Shown here: piece by piece, positions 41,990 through 53,595 of the stretch
Position numbering within the stretch: position 1 is the stretch's first letter
How the letters are laid out: each line of letters opens with the position of its first letter
DNA from: Gammaproteobacteria bacterium
GTDB taxonomy: Bacteria; Pseudomonadota; Gammaproteobacteria; Poriferisulfidales; GCA-002705445
NCBI GenBank assembly: GCA_018675635.1
Contig: JABGXU010000008.1
Coordinates: 195,588-259,587 of the forward strand
Reading direction: 5' to 3'
Length of the DNA stretch: 64,000 nt
Notes under the pieces: generated by a model
Database searches by the model: none
What the model saw: only the letters and a program-made list of their open reading frames with translations
Told to the model about the DNA's origin: nothing
Position numbers and translations under genes: made by a program

Positions 41990-42214
41990 ATGTCAAGAAT
42001 ATGTGAAGTTACTGGTAAAAAACCAATGTCTGGAAATAACGTTTCTCATGCAAAAAATAGAACAAGAAGACGTTTTCTGCCTAATTTACAAATGCACAGA
42101 TTTTGGGTGGAAGCTCAAAAAAAATGGATTTCTTTAAGAATTTCAAGAAAAGGATTAAGAATTATAGAAAAAAAAGGAATTGAAACTGTATTAAAGGAAA
42201 TAAATAAGATATGA
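41990..42214 (+). CDS. rpmB: 50S ribosomal protein L28
   Basis: [34 protein letters not shown]. Confidence 0.95.
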   Translation: MSRICEVTGKKPMSGNNVSHAKNRTRRRFLPNLQMHRFWVEAQKKWISLRISRKGLRIIEKKGIETVLKEINKI

Positions 42215-42366
42215 GAGAGAAAATTAAACTAGTATCTTCTGCAAAAACAGGGCATTACTACACTACAACTAAGAATAAGAAAAATACACCAGATAAGATG
42301 GAAATCAAAAAATTTGATCCAGTTGTTAGAAAGCATGTAATTTATAAGGAAGCAAAAATTAAATAG
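42211..42366 (+). CDS. rpmG: 50S ribosomal protein L33 (missing from ORF track, under 60 aa)
   Basis: Hand translation: [55 protein letters not shown]-coupled to rpmB. Confidence 0.9.
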   Translation: MREKIKLVSSAKTGHYYTTTKNKKNTPDKMEIKKFDPVVRKHVIYKEAKIK

Positions 42367-42369
42367 TTA

Positions 42370-42681
42370 TTATTCCGGGCAAGGGCAAAAACATTGGCCT
42401 TTAGCATTCCAGCAACATCTTCCAGATTCACCTGTTTTACTTTTCCACATTGCGCAACCAATTCCTGTAGCTCTAGGTCCTAAAGGATCAGCAACCTTAA
42501 CAGCAATTTTATCCTTAATGTTGACAGTAACGTATTCGAATTGTGATTTACTTTTATTTGTAATCACAGTTTCTGTATCTTCTTCGCCATCATCAAAAGC
42601 CCAATCATAAACCTCATTTACTGTCGAACAACCAGAAATCATTAAAAAAGCAATAATTGGAAAAACAATTTTAAATTTCAT
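42370..42681 (-). CDS. small lipoprotein with Cys-rich C-terminus
   Basis: Lipobox LMISGCS; C-terminal ...GCAMWKSKTGESGRCCWNAKGQCFCPCPE (8 Cys in 30 aa). Confidence 0.5.
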   Translation of the reverse strand: MKFKIVFPIIAFLMISGCSTVNEVYDWAFDDGEEDTETVITNKSKSQFEYVTVNIKDKIAVKVADPLGPRATGIGCAMWKSKTGESGRCCWNAKGQCFCPCPE

Positions 42682-42838
42682 GTTAAAAAAACTCCCTAAT
42701 TTTAAGTTGAATTAATAGTTTTTTACTATTATATCTATATTTGATTTATAATGTACTCTATATTTTTTATATTTACAAAATATATTAGATAAATATACGG
42801 TTGCAATATATCCCATAAATTATGTAAAGAGATCATTT

Positions 42839-43774
42839 GTGTCAATAAACGTTTTTTTATCAAATAAACTACCACTAAAAAAGGATAATATTTTATCAAT
42901 AATATCTTTTGATAATAAAGTAGAACATAATTCCGATATATTGATAACAGGAGTTCCATCTTTAAACGGAAAAAAAATTTATGAGATATGGGAAGTCAAA
43001 GAAAATGTTAAGCAATTAAAATACAATAATATAAATATATCCCAAACAAAGGATTATTTATTTGGAATTTCTATAATTAAAAATTCTGGGACATACGAGG
43101 AGATAAAATTAGAGATACAAAAGGAATATACTAATTTTTTTGAGTTTTCAAAAAAAAATGAAATGAAATTAGTAAAAATTTGGCACTATATTCCTGATCT
43201 ATTAAAAGTTTACAAAAATAAGAAAACAAATTACTCATTACTATGCGAAGCTAGAGAAAATGCATACAAAGTGCATTATAAAAATTTTAATTATCCTGCG
43301 GCGACAGTAATCGGAACAAATAGTGACAAAATATTAATTTATTTTTTTTCAGCTCTTTGTAATAAATACAAAGCCATTGAAAATAGTAGGCAAATAAGCT
43401 CATATAATTATCCTCAAAATATTTTTTTAGAAAGGCCGATGTTTTCAAGGGCTGTAAGCTTCCAATTATTAAATGAACCCCAAAAACAAACAATGATATC
43501 TGGAACAGCTAGTATTAGAGGATATGAGTCTGTTTATAAAAAAAATGTTTTAAATCAATTAAATGAGGCAATTGAAAATTATAAAACATTTATGACTCTA
43601 GATAGTACAGTTACTAATGTCTGCAGAGTTTATATATCAAAATCGCAAAGTGCTAATTTAAAATTTATTACGGAAATGTTAGATAAGGTTATTGGCAGTG
43701 AAAATTATGTTCTTTTAAAAGGCGTCATATGTAGGGAAGAATTATTAGTAGAAATTGAAGGTATTATGAAGTGA
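42839..43774 (+). CDS. tandem RidA/YjgF-fold protein, possibly FkbO/Hyg5/XanB2-type chorismatase
   Basis: 311 aa; C-terminal ...VLLKGVICREELLVEIEGI is the RidA-type tail; the length and two-domain layout fit the chorismatase family. Tentative. Confidence 0.4.
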   Translation: MSINVFLSNKLPLKKDNILSIISFDNKVEHNSDILITGVPSLNGKKIYEIWEVKENVKQLKYNNINISQTKDYLFGISIIKNSGTYEEIKLEIQKEYTNFFEFSKKNEMKLVKIWHYIPDLLKVYKNKKTNYSLLCEARENAYKVHYKNFNYPAATVIGTNSDKILIYFFSALCNKYKAIENSRQISSYNYPQNIFLERPMFSRAVSFQLLNEPQKQTMISGTASIRGYESVYKKNVLNQLNEAIENYKTFMTLDSTVTNVCRVYISKSQSANLKFITEMLDKVIGSENYVLLKGVICREELLVEIEGIMK

Positions 43775-43954
43775 GCAATATAAAATATAGAATAAAACAG
43801 ATATATCAATTTTTGAAATAAAAAAAGAGTCTCTTGGTTGCTGTTAATGCAGTTATTCAAAAAACTGGTTACTTACTATGGGATAGCCAAATTGAATCTG
43901 TTGATACAAGCTTAGAAATTAAAAAATTGGGAAAAAATCCCTGTTTAATAGAAT

Positions 43955-44977
43955 TTAATATTTATTTTTCTCCATTTTTAGATCATATTTTCCTGAAGCT
44001 GCTAGGCTATTTAGATGTGCCCTATTGCTAATAATTTTTTGAGCTTCTAGAATATTATTATTATTTCCTTGCCATCTTTTCATGGCTTCTAATTGCAAAG
44101 CTCTACCATATGAAAATGTTAATTTCCAAGGATTATTATTAAATTTATTAATATAATTTAAATTATTACTTGCGTCTTGGTCAGTTTGTCCGCCAGATAA
44201 AAATGCTATTCCCGGAACTTCTTTAGGGACATTATTTTCAAGGCATTTTATGGTTAGTTTAGAAATTTCTTCTACACTTGATTTTGAGTTACATTTGTTC
44301 CCCGGGGTAATCATATTAGGCTTTAAAATTATTCCGGAAAAATTTACATCTAGCTTATCTAGAGCTTCGAAAACAATAGATTGAGTTTCGTTAGTAACTT
44401 CAAAACATTTATTTATGTCGTGAGCTCCATCCATTAGTACTTCAGGCTCGACAATGGGAACGATATCCATTTCTTGGCAAATGCTTGCATATCTTGCTAG
44501 AGCTTGAGCGTTAGCTATTATGCATGCTTTTGATGGAATATTTTCACCAATGGTAATAACCGCCCGCCATTTTGCAAATCTTGCTCCTAAAGCTTTGTAC
44601 TCTTCTACTCTTTTAGGAAGATTATCTAAGCCCTCAGTTATCTTTTCATTAGGATGACATGAAAAAGGTTTAGCGCCTGAATCTACTTTAATGCCAGGTA
44701 TTATACCTATGGTATTTAAATGATCTGGGAAAGGTACGTTTTTTTTAGTTTTTTGTTTAATAGTTTCATCAAACAGAATTGCACCAGATATATAATTAAA
44801 TAATGATTCTGCAGTAATTAACATTTCTCTATAAGATCTTCTGCTTTCTTCAGAAACATTGATATTAAGATCATCAAATCTTTTTTTGCATGTTGGATGG
44901 CTTTCATCCATCGCAAGAATACCTTTTGAATTGGCAACCAATGCTATTGCGGTTTTATTAAGTATTTTTATATTCAT
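43955..44977 (-). CDS. fba: fructose-bisphosphate aldolase class I
   Basis: 340 aa; GILAMDESHPTCKKRF and Schiff-base Lys region; last gene of the tkt-gap-pgk-pyk-fba cluster. Confidence 0.9.
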   Translation of the reverse strand: MNIKILNKTAIALVANSKGILAMDESHPTCKKRFDDLNINVSEESRRSYREMLITAESLFNYISGAILFDETIKQKTKKNVPFPDHLNTIGIIPGIKVDSGAKPFSCHPNEKITEGLDNLPKRVEEYKALGARFAKWRAVITIGENIPSKACIIANAQALARYASICQEMDIVPIVEPEVLMDGAHDINKCFEVTNETQSIVFEALDKLDVNFSGIILKPNMITPGNKCNSKSSVEEISKLTIKCLENNVPKEVPGIAFLSGGQTDQDASNNLNYINKFNNNPWKLTFSYGRALQLEAMKRWQGNNNNILEAQKIISNRAHLNSLAASGKYDLKMEKNKY

Positions 44978-44994
44978 AAAAATAATTCCTCGCT

Positions 44995-46455
44995 TTATCC
45001 GTCTGTTAAGTGTCCAACTGTAACAACTTTCATAGCATTAGTTCCACCTCGAATTCCAGCAAGATCGCCTTTTGTTATTATTACTAAATCATTTTCCTTT
45101 GCAACTCCAAGTTCAGTTAAAACATTTATTGCATCTTTATTAACAGTTGCATGATTTGTATCTATTGTTTTAATTCTAGCGGGATAGACGCCTCGGTATA
45201 GAGTTACTTTTCGTAAAGTCCCAATATGAGTTGTTAAGGCAAATATTGGTATACTATGGTTTGTTCTGGACATCCATAAAGCTGTTGAACCTGATTCAGT
45301 TAAAGCTGCAATCGCAATAGCGTTTAGATTATCAGCAGTAAGCATACATGCCATAGATATAGCTCTATCAACTTTTTTGCTTTCAATAGAATAATTTGAT
45401 CTTTTTTTAGTTACTGAATTTTCTTTTTCTGAGCCTTCGCAAATTCTACTCATAGCTTCTACTGCTTCGACCGGATGATCCCCCATAGCAGTTTCACTTG
45501 ATAACATTACAGCATCAGTACCATCAAGAACTGCGTTTGCAACATCAAAAACTTCAGCTCTAGTAGGTATTGAATTTGTAATCATAGATTCCATCATTTG
45601 TGTTGCAGTAATAACTGCTTTGTCTTTATCTCTCGCTTTTTGAATAAGTTCTTTTTGAACAGCTGGTAATTGCGCATCCCCAATTTCTACACCAAGATCT
45701 CCTCTTGCAATCATTATTGCATCTGATGCAACAATGATTTCATCTATATTTTCAATAGCTTCCGCTCTTTCAATTTTTGCAATTATTCCACCATTATTCC
45801 CAGATTCTTTTAATAGTTTTCTCGCAAGATTTATATCTGATGCTTCTCTTGCAAATGATACAGCAAGGTAATCTACACCAATCTCAGCAGCCAACTTAAT
45901 GTCATTTATATCTTTCTCGCTTATAGCTGAGGCAGACAGTCCACCACCTTTTCTATTAAGCCCTTTTGAATCGTACAAAAGACCACCGTGAATTACTTTA
46001 GTTATAATCTTTGAACCAGAAATTTTTTCAACACTCAACTCTATTCTTCCATCATCTAAAAGAAGTATGTCTTCAATATTAAGTTCATTAGCAAGACCTT
46101 TATATGTTGTCCCAACGATCTCTTCTGTGCCTTTATCAAACGCATGTTGATCATCTATAGTAAATTTTGCATTATTTAATAATTTAATTTTTGAATTTAT
46201 AAATCTTGTTATTCTTATTTTTGGGCCTTGTAAATCACCCACAATACCGACATGATAACGTTTTTCTTCTGTAATTTTTCTAACTAATTTAGCTCTTTCT
46301 ATATGAGTTTCTTTGTCACCATGAGAAAAATTAAATCTTACTAAATCTACTCCTGCATCTATTAAACCTTCAATTGATTCTCTTGAGGATGTGGAAGGGC
46401 CTAGTGTGGCAATAATTTTAGTTTGCCTATATATGTGATCATTAATTGCTGTCAT
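44995..46455 (-). CDS. pyk: pyruvate kinase
   Basis: 486 aa; TKIIATLGPS, MIARGDLGVE motifs. Confidence 0.95.
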   Translation of the reverse strand: MTAINDHIYRQTKIIATLGPSTSSRESIEGLIDAGVDLVRFNFSHGDKETHIERAKLVRKITEEKRYHVGIVGDLQGPKIRITRFINSKIKLLNNAKFTIDDQHAFDKGTEEIVGTTYKGLANELNIEDILLLDDGRIELSVEKISGSKIITKVIHGGLLYDSKGLNRKGGGLSASAISEKDINDIKLAAEIGVDYLAVSFAREASDINLARKLLKESGNNGGIIAKIERAEAIENIDEIIVASDAIMIARGDLGVEIGDAQLPAVQKELIQKARDKDKAVITATQMMESMITNSIPTRAEVFDVANAVLDGTDAVMLSSETAMGDHPVEAVEAMSRICEGSEKENSVTKKRSNYSIESKKVDRAISMACMLTADNLNAIAIAALTESGSTALWMSRTNHSIPIFALTTHIGTLRKVTLYRGVYPARIKTIDTNHATVNKDAINVLTELGVAKENDLVIITKGDLAGIRGGTNAMKVVTVGHLTDG

Positions 46456-47615
46456 AATTTTTTAATTATTTCTATTCCAGGTAATTTATTTCCTTCTAAA
46501 AATTCTAAGAAGGCCCCACCGCCAGTTGAAATATAGTCTATATCATCAATATTTATAAATTTTTCAATAGCAGAAATTGTATCTCCTCCTCCTGCGATTG
46601 TTGAGCCTTTAGCTTTTCCTATGGATTTAGCTATTTCTTTTGTGCCATTTTCAAATAGAGTTTCTTCAAAAACACCAACTGGGCCATTCCATAATATTGT
46701 ACCAGCTTCTTCAATAAATTTTTTATAAATTGTAATGGTTTTTGAACCAATGTCTTTTATTACTTCTGAAGTATTTATATCATTTATTTCTTTTAAAGTT
46801 ATTTCTGTGTTTTGTTCACATATAACATCAATTGGCAAAGGAAAATTCACTTTGTATTTTTTTGTTAAATCAATAATTTCCTGCGCATCTTCTACCATGT
46901 CTTTTTCAACGAGAGAATTACCAACTGAAAAATTTTCGTTAAGTAAAAATGTATTAGCAATACATCCCCCAACAATAAGTGAGTCAACTTTTTTTATTAA
47001 GGATTTTAAAATATTTAATTTTGTTGATACTTTAGATCCTCCAATTATAGCTAAAACAGGTTTTTTTGGATTATCAAATATTTTATTTATATTTACAATT
47101 TCTTTGATTAAAAGAAGACCTCCGCAAGTCACAGGGATGTATTTTGCTAAAGTGTATGTAGAGCAGTGTCTTCTATGTGATGCACCAAAAGCATCCATTA
47201 CAAAAACATCGCAATTCGTAGCAATGTTTTTTGCAAGCTCATCACTGCCTGCTTTTTCACCAACTAAAAACCTTGTATTTTCATAAAGAGTAATATCATT
47301 TTCGTATGTTGGAGGCTTAATATTTAAAGGCTCTTTTTCAAAGTAGACTTTTAAACCTAAAAGCTCAGATAATCTTAAAGCAATTGGTTCTAAGCTATAA
47401 TCTTTATTATATTTTCCTTCTTTCGGCCTTCCTAAATGAGACAATATGGCTATTTTTGAGCCTTGGGATAAAGCATATTCAATAGTTGGAAGAGCGGCTT
47501 TAATTCTTTTGTCATTTGTTATTTGGTTATTAGTAATAGGCACATTAAGATCTTCTCGAAGCAATATGTGCTTATTTTTTATATCAATATTAACAAGTTC
47601 GTTAAATTCAGACAT
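46452..47615 (-). CDS. pgk: phosphoglycerate kinase
   Basis: 387 aa; ILSHLGRPKEG and GGGA...GG motifs. Confidence 0.95.
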   Translation of the reverse strand: MSEFNELVNIDIKNKHILLREDLNVPITNNQITNDKRIKAALPTIEYALSQGSKIAILSHLGRPKEGKYNKDYSLEPIALRLSELLGLKVYFEKEPLNIKPPTYENDITLYENTRFLVGEKAGSDELAKNIATNCDVFVMDAFGASHRRHCSTYTLAKYIPVTCGGLLLIKEIVNINKIFDNPKKPVLAIIGGSKVSTKLNILKSLIKKVDSLIVGGCIANTFLLNENFSVGNSLVEKDMVEDAQEIIDLTKKYKVNFPLPIDVICEQNTEITLKEINDINTSEVIKDIGSKTITIYKKFIEEAGTILWNGPVGVFEETLFENGTKEIAKSIGKAKGSTIAGGGDTISAIEKFINIDDIDYISTGGGAFLEFLEGNKLPGIEIIKKL

Positions 47616-48625
47616 TATTTTGCATTCATTAAAGCTAATGTGGCATCTAGCATCCTATTTGAGAACCCCCACTCATTGTCATACCAGACATAAACTTTTA
47701 CTAATTTTTTTTCCATTACTTTAGTTAGGTTCGAGTCATATATTGACGAAGCTGGGTTATGATTAAAATCTGTAGAAACTAAGGGTATGTCATTAAATTC
47801 AATTATTCCTTTCATTTCATTTTTTGAAGCATTTAAAATTATTTCGTTTATTTCACTTATTGAGGTTTCTTTTTTTGTTCTAATTACTAAGTCAACAACG
47901 GACACATTTACTGTTGGAATACGAACTGCATGCCCATCAAGTTTTCCTTGTAATTCTGGTATAACCAAGCCTACGTTTTTTGCTGCCCCTGTTTTAGTAG
48001 GTATCATGGACTGAGTTGCAGCTCTAGCTCTTCTTATATCTTTATGGTTTGCATCAGTTAATCTTTGGTCATTAGTAAATGAATGAATTGTTGTTATAAG
48101 TCCATGTTCAATGCCTATATTATTATTTAAAACTTTTATAACTGGAGCAATACAATTAGTAGTGCAAGAGGCATTTGAGATAATTTGATGTTCTTTGGAA
48201 AGAATATTTTCATTGACTCCATAAACAATAGTCGCATCAACATTTTCCCCTGGAGCTGAAATTATTACTTTTTTTGCGCCATTTTTAATATGAATCAGCG
48301 TTTCTTCTTTTGAATTGAATTTTCCAGTACATTCAAAAACTACATCAACATTATATTTCCCCCAATTTATTTTACTTGGGTCTCTTTCAGACGTAATGTT
48401 AATTTTATCTCCATCAACATACATAAAATTACCTTCAGCAGTTACCTCTTTATTAAATTTCCCATGCGCAGAGTCATATTTTGTTAAATGCGCACTTACA
48501 GCATTATCTCCTACATCATTGATTGCAACTATCTGAAGATTCTTATGTTGGTTTGATTCATATAAAGCTCTGAGAATATTTCTACCAATCCTTCCGTAGC
48601 CATTTATTCCTATATTAATTGTCAT
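47615..48625 (-). CDS. gap: glyceraldehyde-3-phosphate dehydrogenase (type I)
   Basis: 336 aa; [10 protein letters not shown] and ASCTTNC active-site motifs. Confidence 0.95.
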   Translation of the reverse strand: MTINIGINGYGRIGRNILRALYESNQHKNLQIVAINDVGDNAVSAHLTKYDSAHGKFNKEVTAEGNFMYVDGDKINITSERDPSKINWGKYNVDVVFECTGKFNSKEETLIHIKNGAKKVIISAPGENVDATIVYGVNENILSKEHQIISNASCTTNCIAPVIKVLNNNIGIEHGLITTIHSFTNDQRLTDANHKDIRRARAATQSMIPTKTGAAKNVGLVIPELQGKLDGHAVRIPTVNVSVVDLVIRTKKETSISEINEIILNASKNEMKGIIEFNDIPLVSTDFNHNPASSIYDSNLTKVMEKKLVKVYVWYDNEWGFSNRMLDATLALMNAK

Positions 48626-48640
48626 GATAATTTCCTATAT

Positions 48641-50653
48641 CTATTTTTTAAGCATTAATTTAACTCGGTCTATTATATTCTTTTGTGTGAAACCAAAATA
48701 TTTTAATAACTCACCGCCAGGTGCTGATTCTCCAAAAGAATCAATACCGATAGTATCCCCATTTAATCCAACATATTTGTACCAAAATGAAGTAGACCCA
48801 GCTTCTATTGAGATCCTGTTTTTTATTTTTGCAGGCAAAACCTCTTCTTTATAATCATCATTCTGCTTCTCAAAAATTTCAGTTGATAGCATTGAAACAA
48901 CCCTAGTATTAATTCCTTCTCTCTCTAATTCTTTAGCAGCATTCATTGTTATCCCAACTTCACTTCCTGTTGCTATTAGAATTACATCTAAATTTTTTGC
49001 ATCTTTTAATACGTAAGCGCCTTTGTTAGATAAAGCTATTTGTTCGTTAGTTCTTTCTTGAAATTCACAATTTTGTCTAGACAGTATCAAACATGTTGGC
49101 CCATAATTATTCTCGATTGCATATTTCCACGCTATTGCTGCTTCTATGGTATCACATGGTCTAATTACGGTTGTATTTGGAATATCTCTTAAGCTATTTA
49201 TATGCTCTATAGCCTGATGTGTTGGACCGTCTTCACCTAAACCAATAGAATCATGCGTAAAAACAAAAATATTTTTTAAACTCATAATTGCTGACATCCG
49301 AATTGCATTTTTTGCATAGTCAGAGAATGTTAAAAAAGTTCCACCGTAAGGAATAAATCCTTTGTAAGAACTGATCCCATTCATGATTGCTGACATACCA
49401 AATTCCCTAACACCATAATTAATATAATTACCATCAAAGAACTCTTTAATATCCTTAGACCCAGACCACATTGTTAAGTTTGATGCCGCAAGATCAGCAG
49501 AACCCCCAATCATTTCTGGTAAAATTTTTGCGTATGCTTCAATAGCATTTTGTGAAGCTTTTCTAGTGGCAATATTTTCTTTCTTTTCATTGCAAGCTTT
49601 TATGTATTCTTGTGATTTTAATATCCAGTTGTCTTTTAATTCTGAAGATATTCTTCTTTCAAATTCATATGCATCTTTTGGATATCTTTCTTTATATATT
49701 TTGAAATTATTATTCCATTCATCCTCTAAATTAGAGCCTTTTTCTTTTTTGTCCCAAGATTCATAAACATCTTTAGGTATTTCAAAAGAACCATAATCCC
49801 AACCAATCTCTTTTTTTGTTAATTTTGTTTCTTTATCTCCAAGAGGAGCACCATGTGAACTTTCTTTACCTTCTTTATTTGGTGAGCCAAATCCAATTTT
49901 TGTTTTACAGCATATTAATGTTGGTTTATTTTTTGATTGAAGTGCTTTTTCTAAACTTTTTATTAATTCTTCAGAAGAGTGACCATCAACATTATTTATT
50001 ACATTCCAATTATATGACTCAAATCTTTTAGCTGTATCATCAGTAAACCAGCCGTCTACTTTTCCATCTATCGAAATTCCATTATCATCATAAAAAACAA
50101 TCAGTTTATTTAATTTTAATGTTCCCGCTAAGGAACAAACTTCATGTGAGATGCCTTCCATAAGGCAACCATCCCCAGTAAATACATATGTATGATGATT
50201 TATAATTTCTATATCTTTTTTATTAAATTGAGCTGCAAGTGTTTTTTCTGCTATTGCCATACCAACTCCATTTGATAAGCCTTGTCCTAATGGCCCTGTA
50301 GTTGTTTCAACTCCTTTAGTTACGTGAGATTCAGGATGTCCTGGAGTTTTTGAATGAAGCTGCCTAAAATTTTTGATCTCATCTAGACTTAAATCATATC
50401 CTGTAAGATGAAGAAGACTGTATAGCAACATTGACCCATGCCCATTAGATAATACAAATCTGTCTCTATTGGCCCAGTTTGGGTTGTTTGGGTTATATTT
50501 TAAATAATCGTTCCATAGCACCTCTGCTATGTCAGCCATGCCTAAAGGCATACCAGGGTGCCCAGAATTAGCTTTATCAACAGCGTCCATAGAAAGTGCT
50601 CTTATAGCATTTGCTAAATGTTTTCTAGAATTATTGTTAATTTTTGTTGCCAA
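48641..50653 (-). CDS. tkt: transketolase
   Basis: 670 aa; [13 protein letters not shown] ThDP-binding motif. Confidence 0.95.
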   Translation of the reverse strand: MATKINNNSRKHLANAIRALSMDAVDKANSGHPGMPLGMADIAEVLWNDYLKYNPNNPNWANRDRFVLSNGHGSMLLYSLLHLTGYDLSLDEIKNFRQLHSKTPGHPESHVTKGVETTTGPLGQGLSNGVGMAIAEKTLAAQFNKKDIEIINHHTYVFTGDGCLMEGISHEVCSLAGTLKLNKLIVFYDDNGISIDGKVDGWFTDDTAKRFESYNWNVINNVDGHSSEELIKSLEKALQSKNKPTLICCKTKIGFGSPNKEGKESSHGAPLGDKETKLTKKEIGWDYGSFEIPKDVYESWDKKEKGSNLEDEWNNNFKIYKERYPKDAYEFERRISSELKDNWILKSQEYIKACNEKKENIATRKASQNAIEAYAKILPEMIGGSADLAASNLTMWSGSKDIKEFFDGNYINYGVREFGMSAIMNGISSYKGFIPYGGTFLTFSDYAKNAIRMSAIMSLKNIFVFTHDSIGLGEDGPTHQAIEHINSLRDIPNTTVIRPCDTIEAAIAWKYAIENNYGPTCLILSRQNCEFQERTNEQIALSNKGAYVLKDAKNLDVILIATGSEVGITMNAAKELEREGINTRVVSMLSTEIFEKQNDDYKEEVLPAKIKNRISIEAGSTSFWYKYVGLNGDTIGIDSFGESAPGGELLKYFGFTQKNIIDRVKLMLKK

Positions 50654-51242
50654 TCTTTGTTTCTTTGTTATTTAAAAGGTTGTGAATATTTGTTTTATGC
50701 TTATATATTACTACAACTGTTAAAATTAAATATACTAGCGTTATTAATAAAATTTCATAACTTAACCAAGTATATATCGGTAAAAAAGTAAATGAGACTA
50801 TAGCAGATAAAGCAGAGTACCTAAATAGGAATGCTGTTATTAACCATGTAATCATACAGATTAAGCCTAAGATTATGTCAAATCCTAGAATTGCTCCAAA
50901 AGCTGTTGCAACACCTTTACCACCTTTAAATTTGTAAAAAATAGGATATATATGCCCAAGAACTGCAATGACGCCAGCAACTTGGACATATAATTTATCT
51001 TCTATAATGTAATAAGCTATTAATACTGGTAAAAATCCTTTTAATATGTCTAATAGTAATATAAGAAGAGATAAAATTTTATTGCCAGAACGTAATATAT
51101 TTGTTGCACCAGGATTTTTTGAGCCATAATCTCTAGGATCAGGCAACTTATATATTCTTGAGAGAATTATTGAGCTATTAACAGACCCAATGATATAGCA
51201 GATGGGGAATAGTAGAATAAAAGCAATGAGAATTGTGTTCAA
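50637..51242 (-). CDS. plsY: glycerol-3-phosphate acyltransferase PlsY
   Basis: 201 aa; [12 protein letters not shown] and GGKGVAT motifs; the 3' end overlaps the tkt start by 17 nt. Confidence 0.9.
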   Translation of the reverse strand: MNTILIAFILLFPICYIIGSVNSSIILSRIYKLPDPRDYGSKNPGATNILRSGNKILSLLILLLDILKGFLPVLIAYYIIEDKLYVQVAGVIAVLGHIYPIFYKFKGGKGVATAFGAILGFDIILGLICMITWLITAFLFRYSALSAIVSFTFLPIYTWLSYEILLITLVYLILTVVVIYKHKTNIHNLLNNKETKIGNKN

Positions 51243-51280
51243 ATGTTACCTTCTGTTATTTAAAATAATCATTATTTAAT

Positions 51281-52024
51281 ATGTTAGATTATAAAGATAA
51301 AATTAGAGAAAAATATAAAAAAATACTTTTTATTCATGGTTGGGGAGTAACAGATAAGATTTGGATAAATTTTGCTAAAAAATTTTTTTATCTCGATACT
51401 TGCCACTTTCTTAATTTATATAGTTATATTGAGGGTTCCAATGGTGATCTCAAAATTGCCGCAAAAAAGGTTCTAAATGATTACGAGGATGTAGATTTAA
51501 TAGTTTCATGGTCTTTAGGTTGTTTTCTTGCAAAGGAAATAGAGAAAATAAGTAAATCTAGCACTAAAGCAATAATTTATATTTCTTATGCACCAACATT
51601 TATGAAAAGCAAAGAATGGGATTTTGGTTTTGAAAAAAATACCATTATAAAATTGAAGAAAGAATTAAAAAACAACAAAGAAAAGGCTTTAAAAAATTTT
51701 TATTTATTAATAATTGGGCAAGTAGTTAACAAAAAAAATGTATATAAGGAAATAATATCTAATATTAATGAAATGAATTATGTAAGCTTGAAAACTTTAA
51801 ACCTTGGGTTAGATATTATACAAAATTCTAATTACAAAGATTTTGCCACAAATAAAAAAATAAAAAATCTATATATATATGGTGATGACGATAATATAAC
51901 ACCTAAAAATAATATAAAATTATTAGAGCCTTTGTCTACTGTAAAGGTTTTACCTTGTTCTTCGCATATTCCTTTTCTAAGTAATAGTGACGAATTTTTT
52001 AAAATTATAAATGAGTTTATGTAA
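51281..52024 (+). CDS. bioH: pimeloyl-ACP methyl ester esterase BioH (alpha/beta hydrolase)
   Basis: ILFIHGWG and SWSLG nucleophile elbow; followed by bioC. Confidence 0.7.
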   Translation: MLDYKDKIREKYKKILFIHGWGVTDKIWINFAKKFFYLDTCHFLNLYSYIEGSNGDLKIAAKKVLNDYEDVDLIVSWSLGCFLAKEIEKISKSSTKAIIYISYAPTFMKSKEWDFGFEKNTIIKLKKELKNNKEKALKNFYLLIIGQVVNKKNVYKEIISNINEMNYVSLKTLNLGLDIIQNSNYKDFATNKKIKNLYIYGDDDNITPKNNIKLLEPLSTVKVLPCSSHIPFLSNSDEFFKIINEFM

Positions 52025-52812
52025 TGAAAAACGAAAAAAAAATTATTTCTTCTAATTATTTGGAATCTGCAATTGTTCAAAAAGAGGTAATAAGTAGATT
52101 AATGCAAAGACTCTCTCTTATTAATATATCTCCTAGAAAGATTATAGATTTAGGAGCAGGAGTAGGACTAAGCACTGAATATTTATTAAATCAGTATAGT
52201 AAATCAGAGCTTTATATGTTGGATAATTCTTTAGCAGCCCTAAAAAATAAAATTTTTAGTAAAGGTAATGTGTTTTCAATTTGTGGTGATTTTAAAAGTA
52301 TTCCATTAGAAAGTAATACGTTTGATTTTGTTTTTTCATCTTCTGCATTACATTGGGAATTAGATATAAATTTATCTTTTAAAGAAATATATCGTATTCT
52401 AAAACCCGGAGGACTATTTTTGTTTTCAACATATGGTCCAGATACATTGATAGAACTTAGGTCGTCATGGGCACAAATTGACAACAAGAAGCACGTTAAT
52501 GATTTTTATGATATGCATGATATAGGTGATTTAATGTTAAATTTAAACTTTTTGGATACAGTTGTCGATGCTGAAAAAATAGTAATTCAATACAATAACG
52601 TAATTCAACTCCAGAAAGATCTAAAAAATATTGGTTCGAAAGTTGTGCATGATGATAATAAAAATCAAAAGTTATATGGTAATAATCGCATGTTAGCTAT
52701 GTATCAAGAATATGAAAAATTTAGAGCAAAAAATGGCAATTTACCAGCAACTTACGAAGTAATTTATGGTTCTGCCTGGAAAAAATTTGATGTTATGAAA
52801 TTAGTTGATTAA
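52024..52812 (+). CDS. bioC: malonyl-ACP O-methyltransferase BioC
   Basis: 262 aa SAM-MTase; IIDLGAGVGLST motif I; ATG overlaps the bioH stop. Confidence 0.75.
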   Translation: MKNEKKIISSNYLESAIVQKEVISRLMQRLSLINISPRKIIDLGAGVGLSTEYLLNQYSKSELYMLDNSLAALKNKIFSKGNVFSICGDFKSIPLESNTFDFVFSSSALHWELDINLSFKEIYRILKPGGLFLFSTYGPDTLIELRSSWAQIDNKKHVNDFYDMHDIGDLMLNLNFLDTVVDAEKIVIQYNNVIQLQKDLKNIGSKVVHDDNKNQKLYGNNRMLAMYQEYEKFRAKNGNLPATYEVIYGSAWKKFDVMKLVD

Positions 52813-53540
52813 ATATTAGCAATTTCGTAAAGTTTTTTTTTGTTAAGTATAGATATTAAATTATTTTTAATCGATATAACATCTTGTTCGTAAAATTTTT
52901 TTATAAGCCTACTTATAGTTTCTTTACTTACACCTAAATAATTACCTATATCAGTTTTTGTCATTATAAGTTTATATTGGTCAGGTGCAATCCCTCTATC
53001 TATATATCTTTTAGTTAAACTAATAATAAATCGAGCAAATTTTTGTTGAGAATCACACTTTGCCATCATTAATAGCATGTCATGATCACTAGATATAACA
53101 TTGCTAATAAGATTCAGAAGTTGTTTTTGTAAATCCGGCATTTTTACGCACAAAATATTAAGATCTGTGATTGGTAATTCACAGATAGATGTTGGTTCAA
53201 GAGTAGATGCTGAACAACTATGAATCATATTATCTAGCCCATCTAAACCAAGTAGCTCGCCTGGCAAATGAAAACCAAGAATTTGTTCGTCACCATTTTT
53301 TGCTGTCGTAAAAGTTTTTATTGAACCTGATTTTACCGCAAAGATGCTACCTGAGGATTCACCTTGTTTAAAAATTGCTCTATTTTTTGATTTAATTTTT
53401 TCTGTTTTTACAATTCTATCAAGTTTTTCAAGACCTTCAATATCTAAGCATCTTGGAAGACATAAATTTTTTAAAGAACAATTTTCACAACGAACTTTAA
53501 GATCGCGAAATTTAATTTTTGTAGATGTAACATTATTCAT
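52809..53540 (-). CDS. fnr: FNR (oxygen-sensing Crp/Fnr-family regulator)
   Basis: N-terminal C-x2-C-x5-C (RCENCSLKNLCLPRC) plus an internal Cys; the E-SR HTH motif (ETISRLIKKF) aligns along its length with E. coli FNR. Confidence 0.9.
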   Translation of the reverse strand: MNNVTSTKIKFRDLKVRCENCSLKNLCLPRCLDIEGLEKLDRIVKTEKIKSKNRAIFKQGESSGSIFAVKSGSIKTFTTAKNGDEQILGFHLPGELLGLDGLDNMIHSCSASTLEPTSICELPITDLNILCVKMPDLQKQLLNLISNVISSDHDMLLMMAKCDSQQKFARFIISLTKRYIDRGIAPDQYKLIMTKTDIGNYLGVSKETISRLIKKFYEQDVISIKNNLISILNKKKLYEIANI

Positions 53541-53595
53541 ATCATGAATTATATAATAGTTTTAAAAATATTATATCAAAACTTTTCTTTTTAAA

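Noticed and set aside
42735-42959. 74-aa - strand ORF overlapping the start of the chorismatase-like gene
   Set aside because: Low-complexity, overlaps a better-supported + strand gene; likely spurious.
43834-44031. 65-aa + strand ORF in the gap between the RidA-like gene and fba
   Set aside because: It overlaps the 3' end of fba on the opposite strand. The region instead contains a short GGGA-AAAAA-TCCC hairpin that could be a weak bidirectional terminator, but the stem is only 4 bp so I did not call it as a feature.
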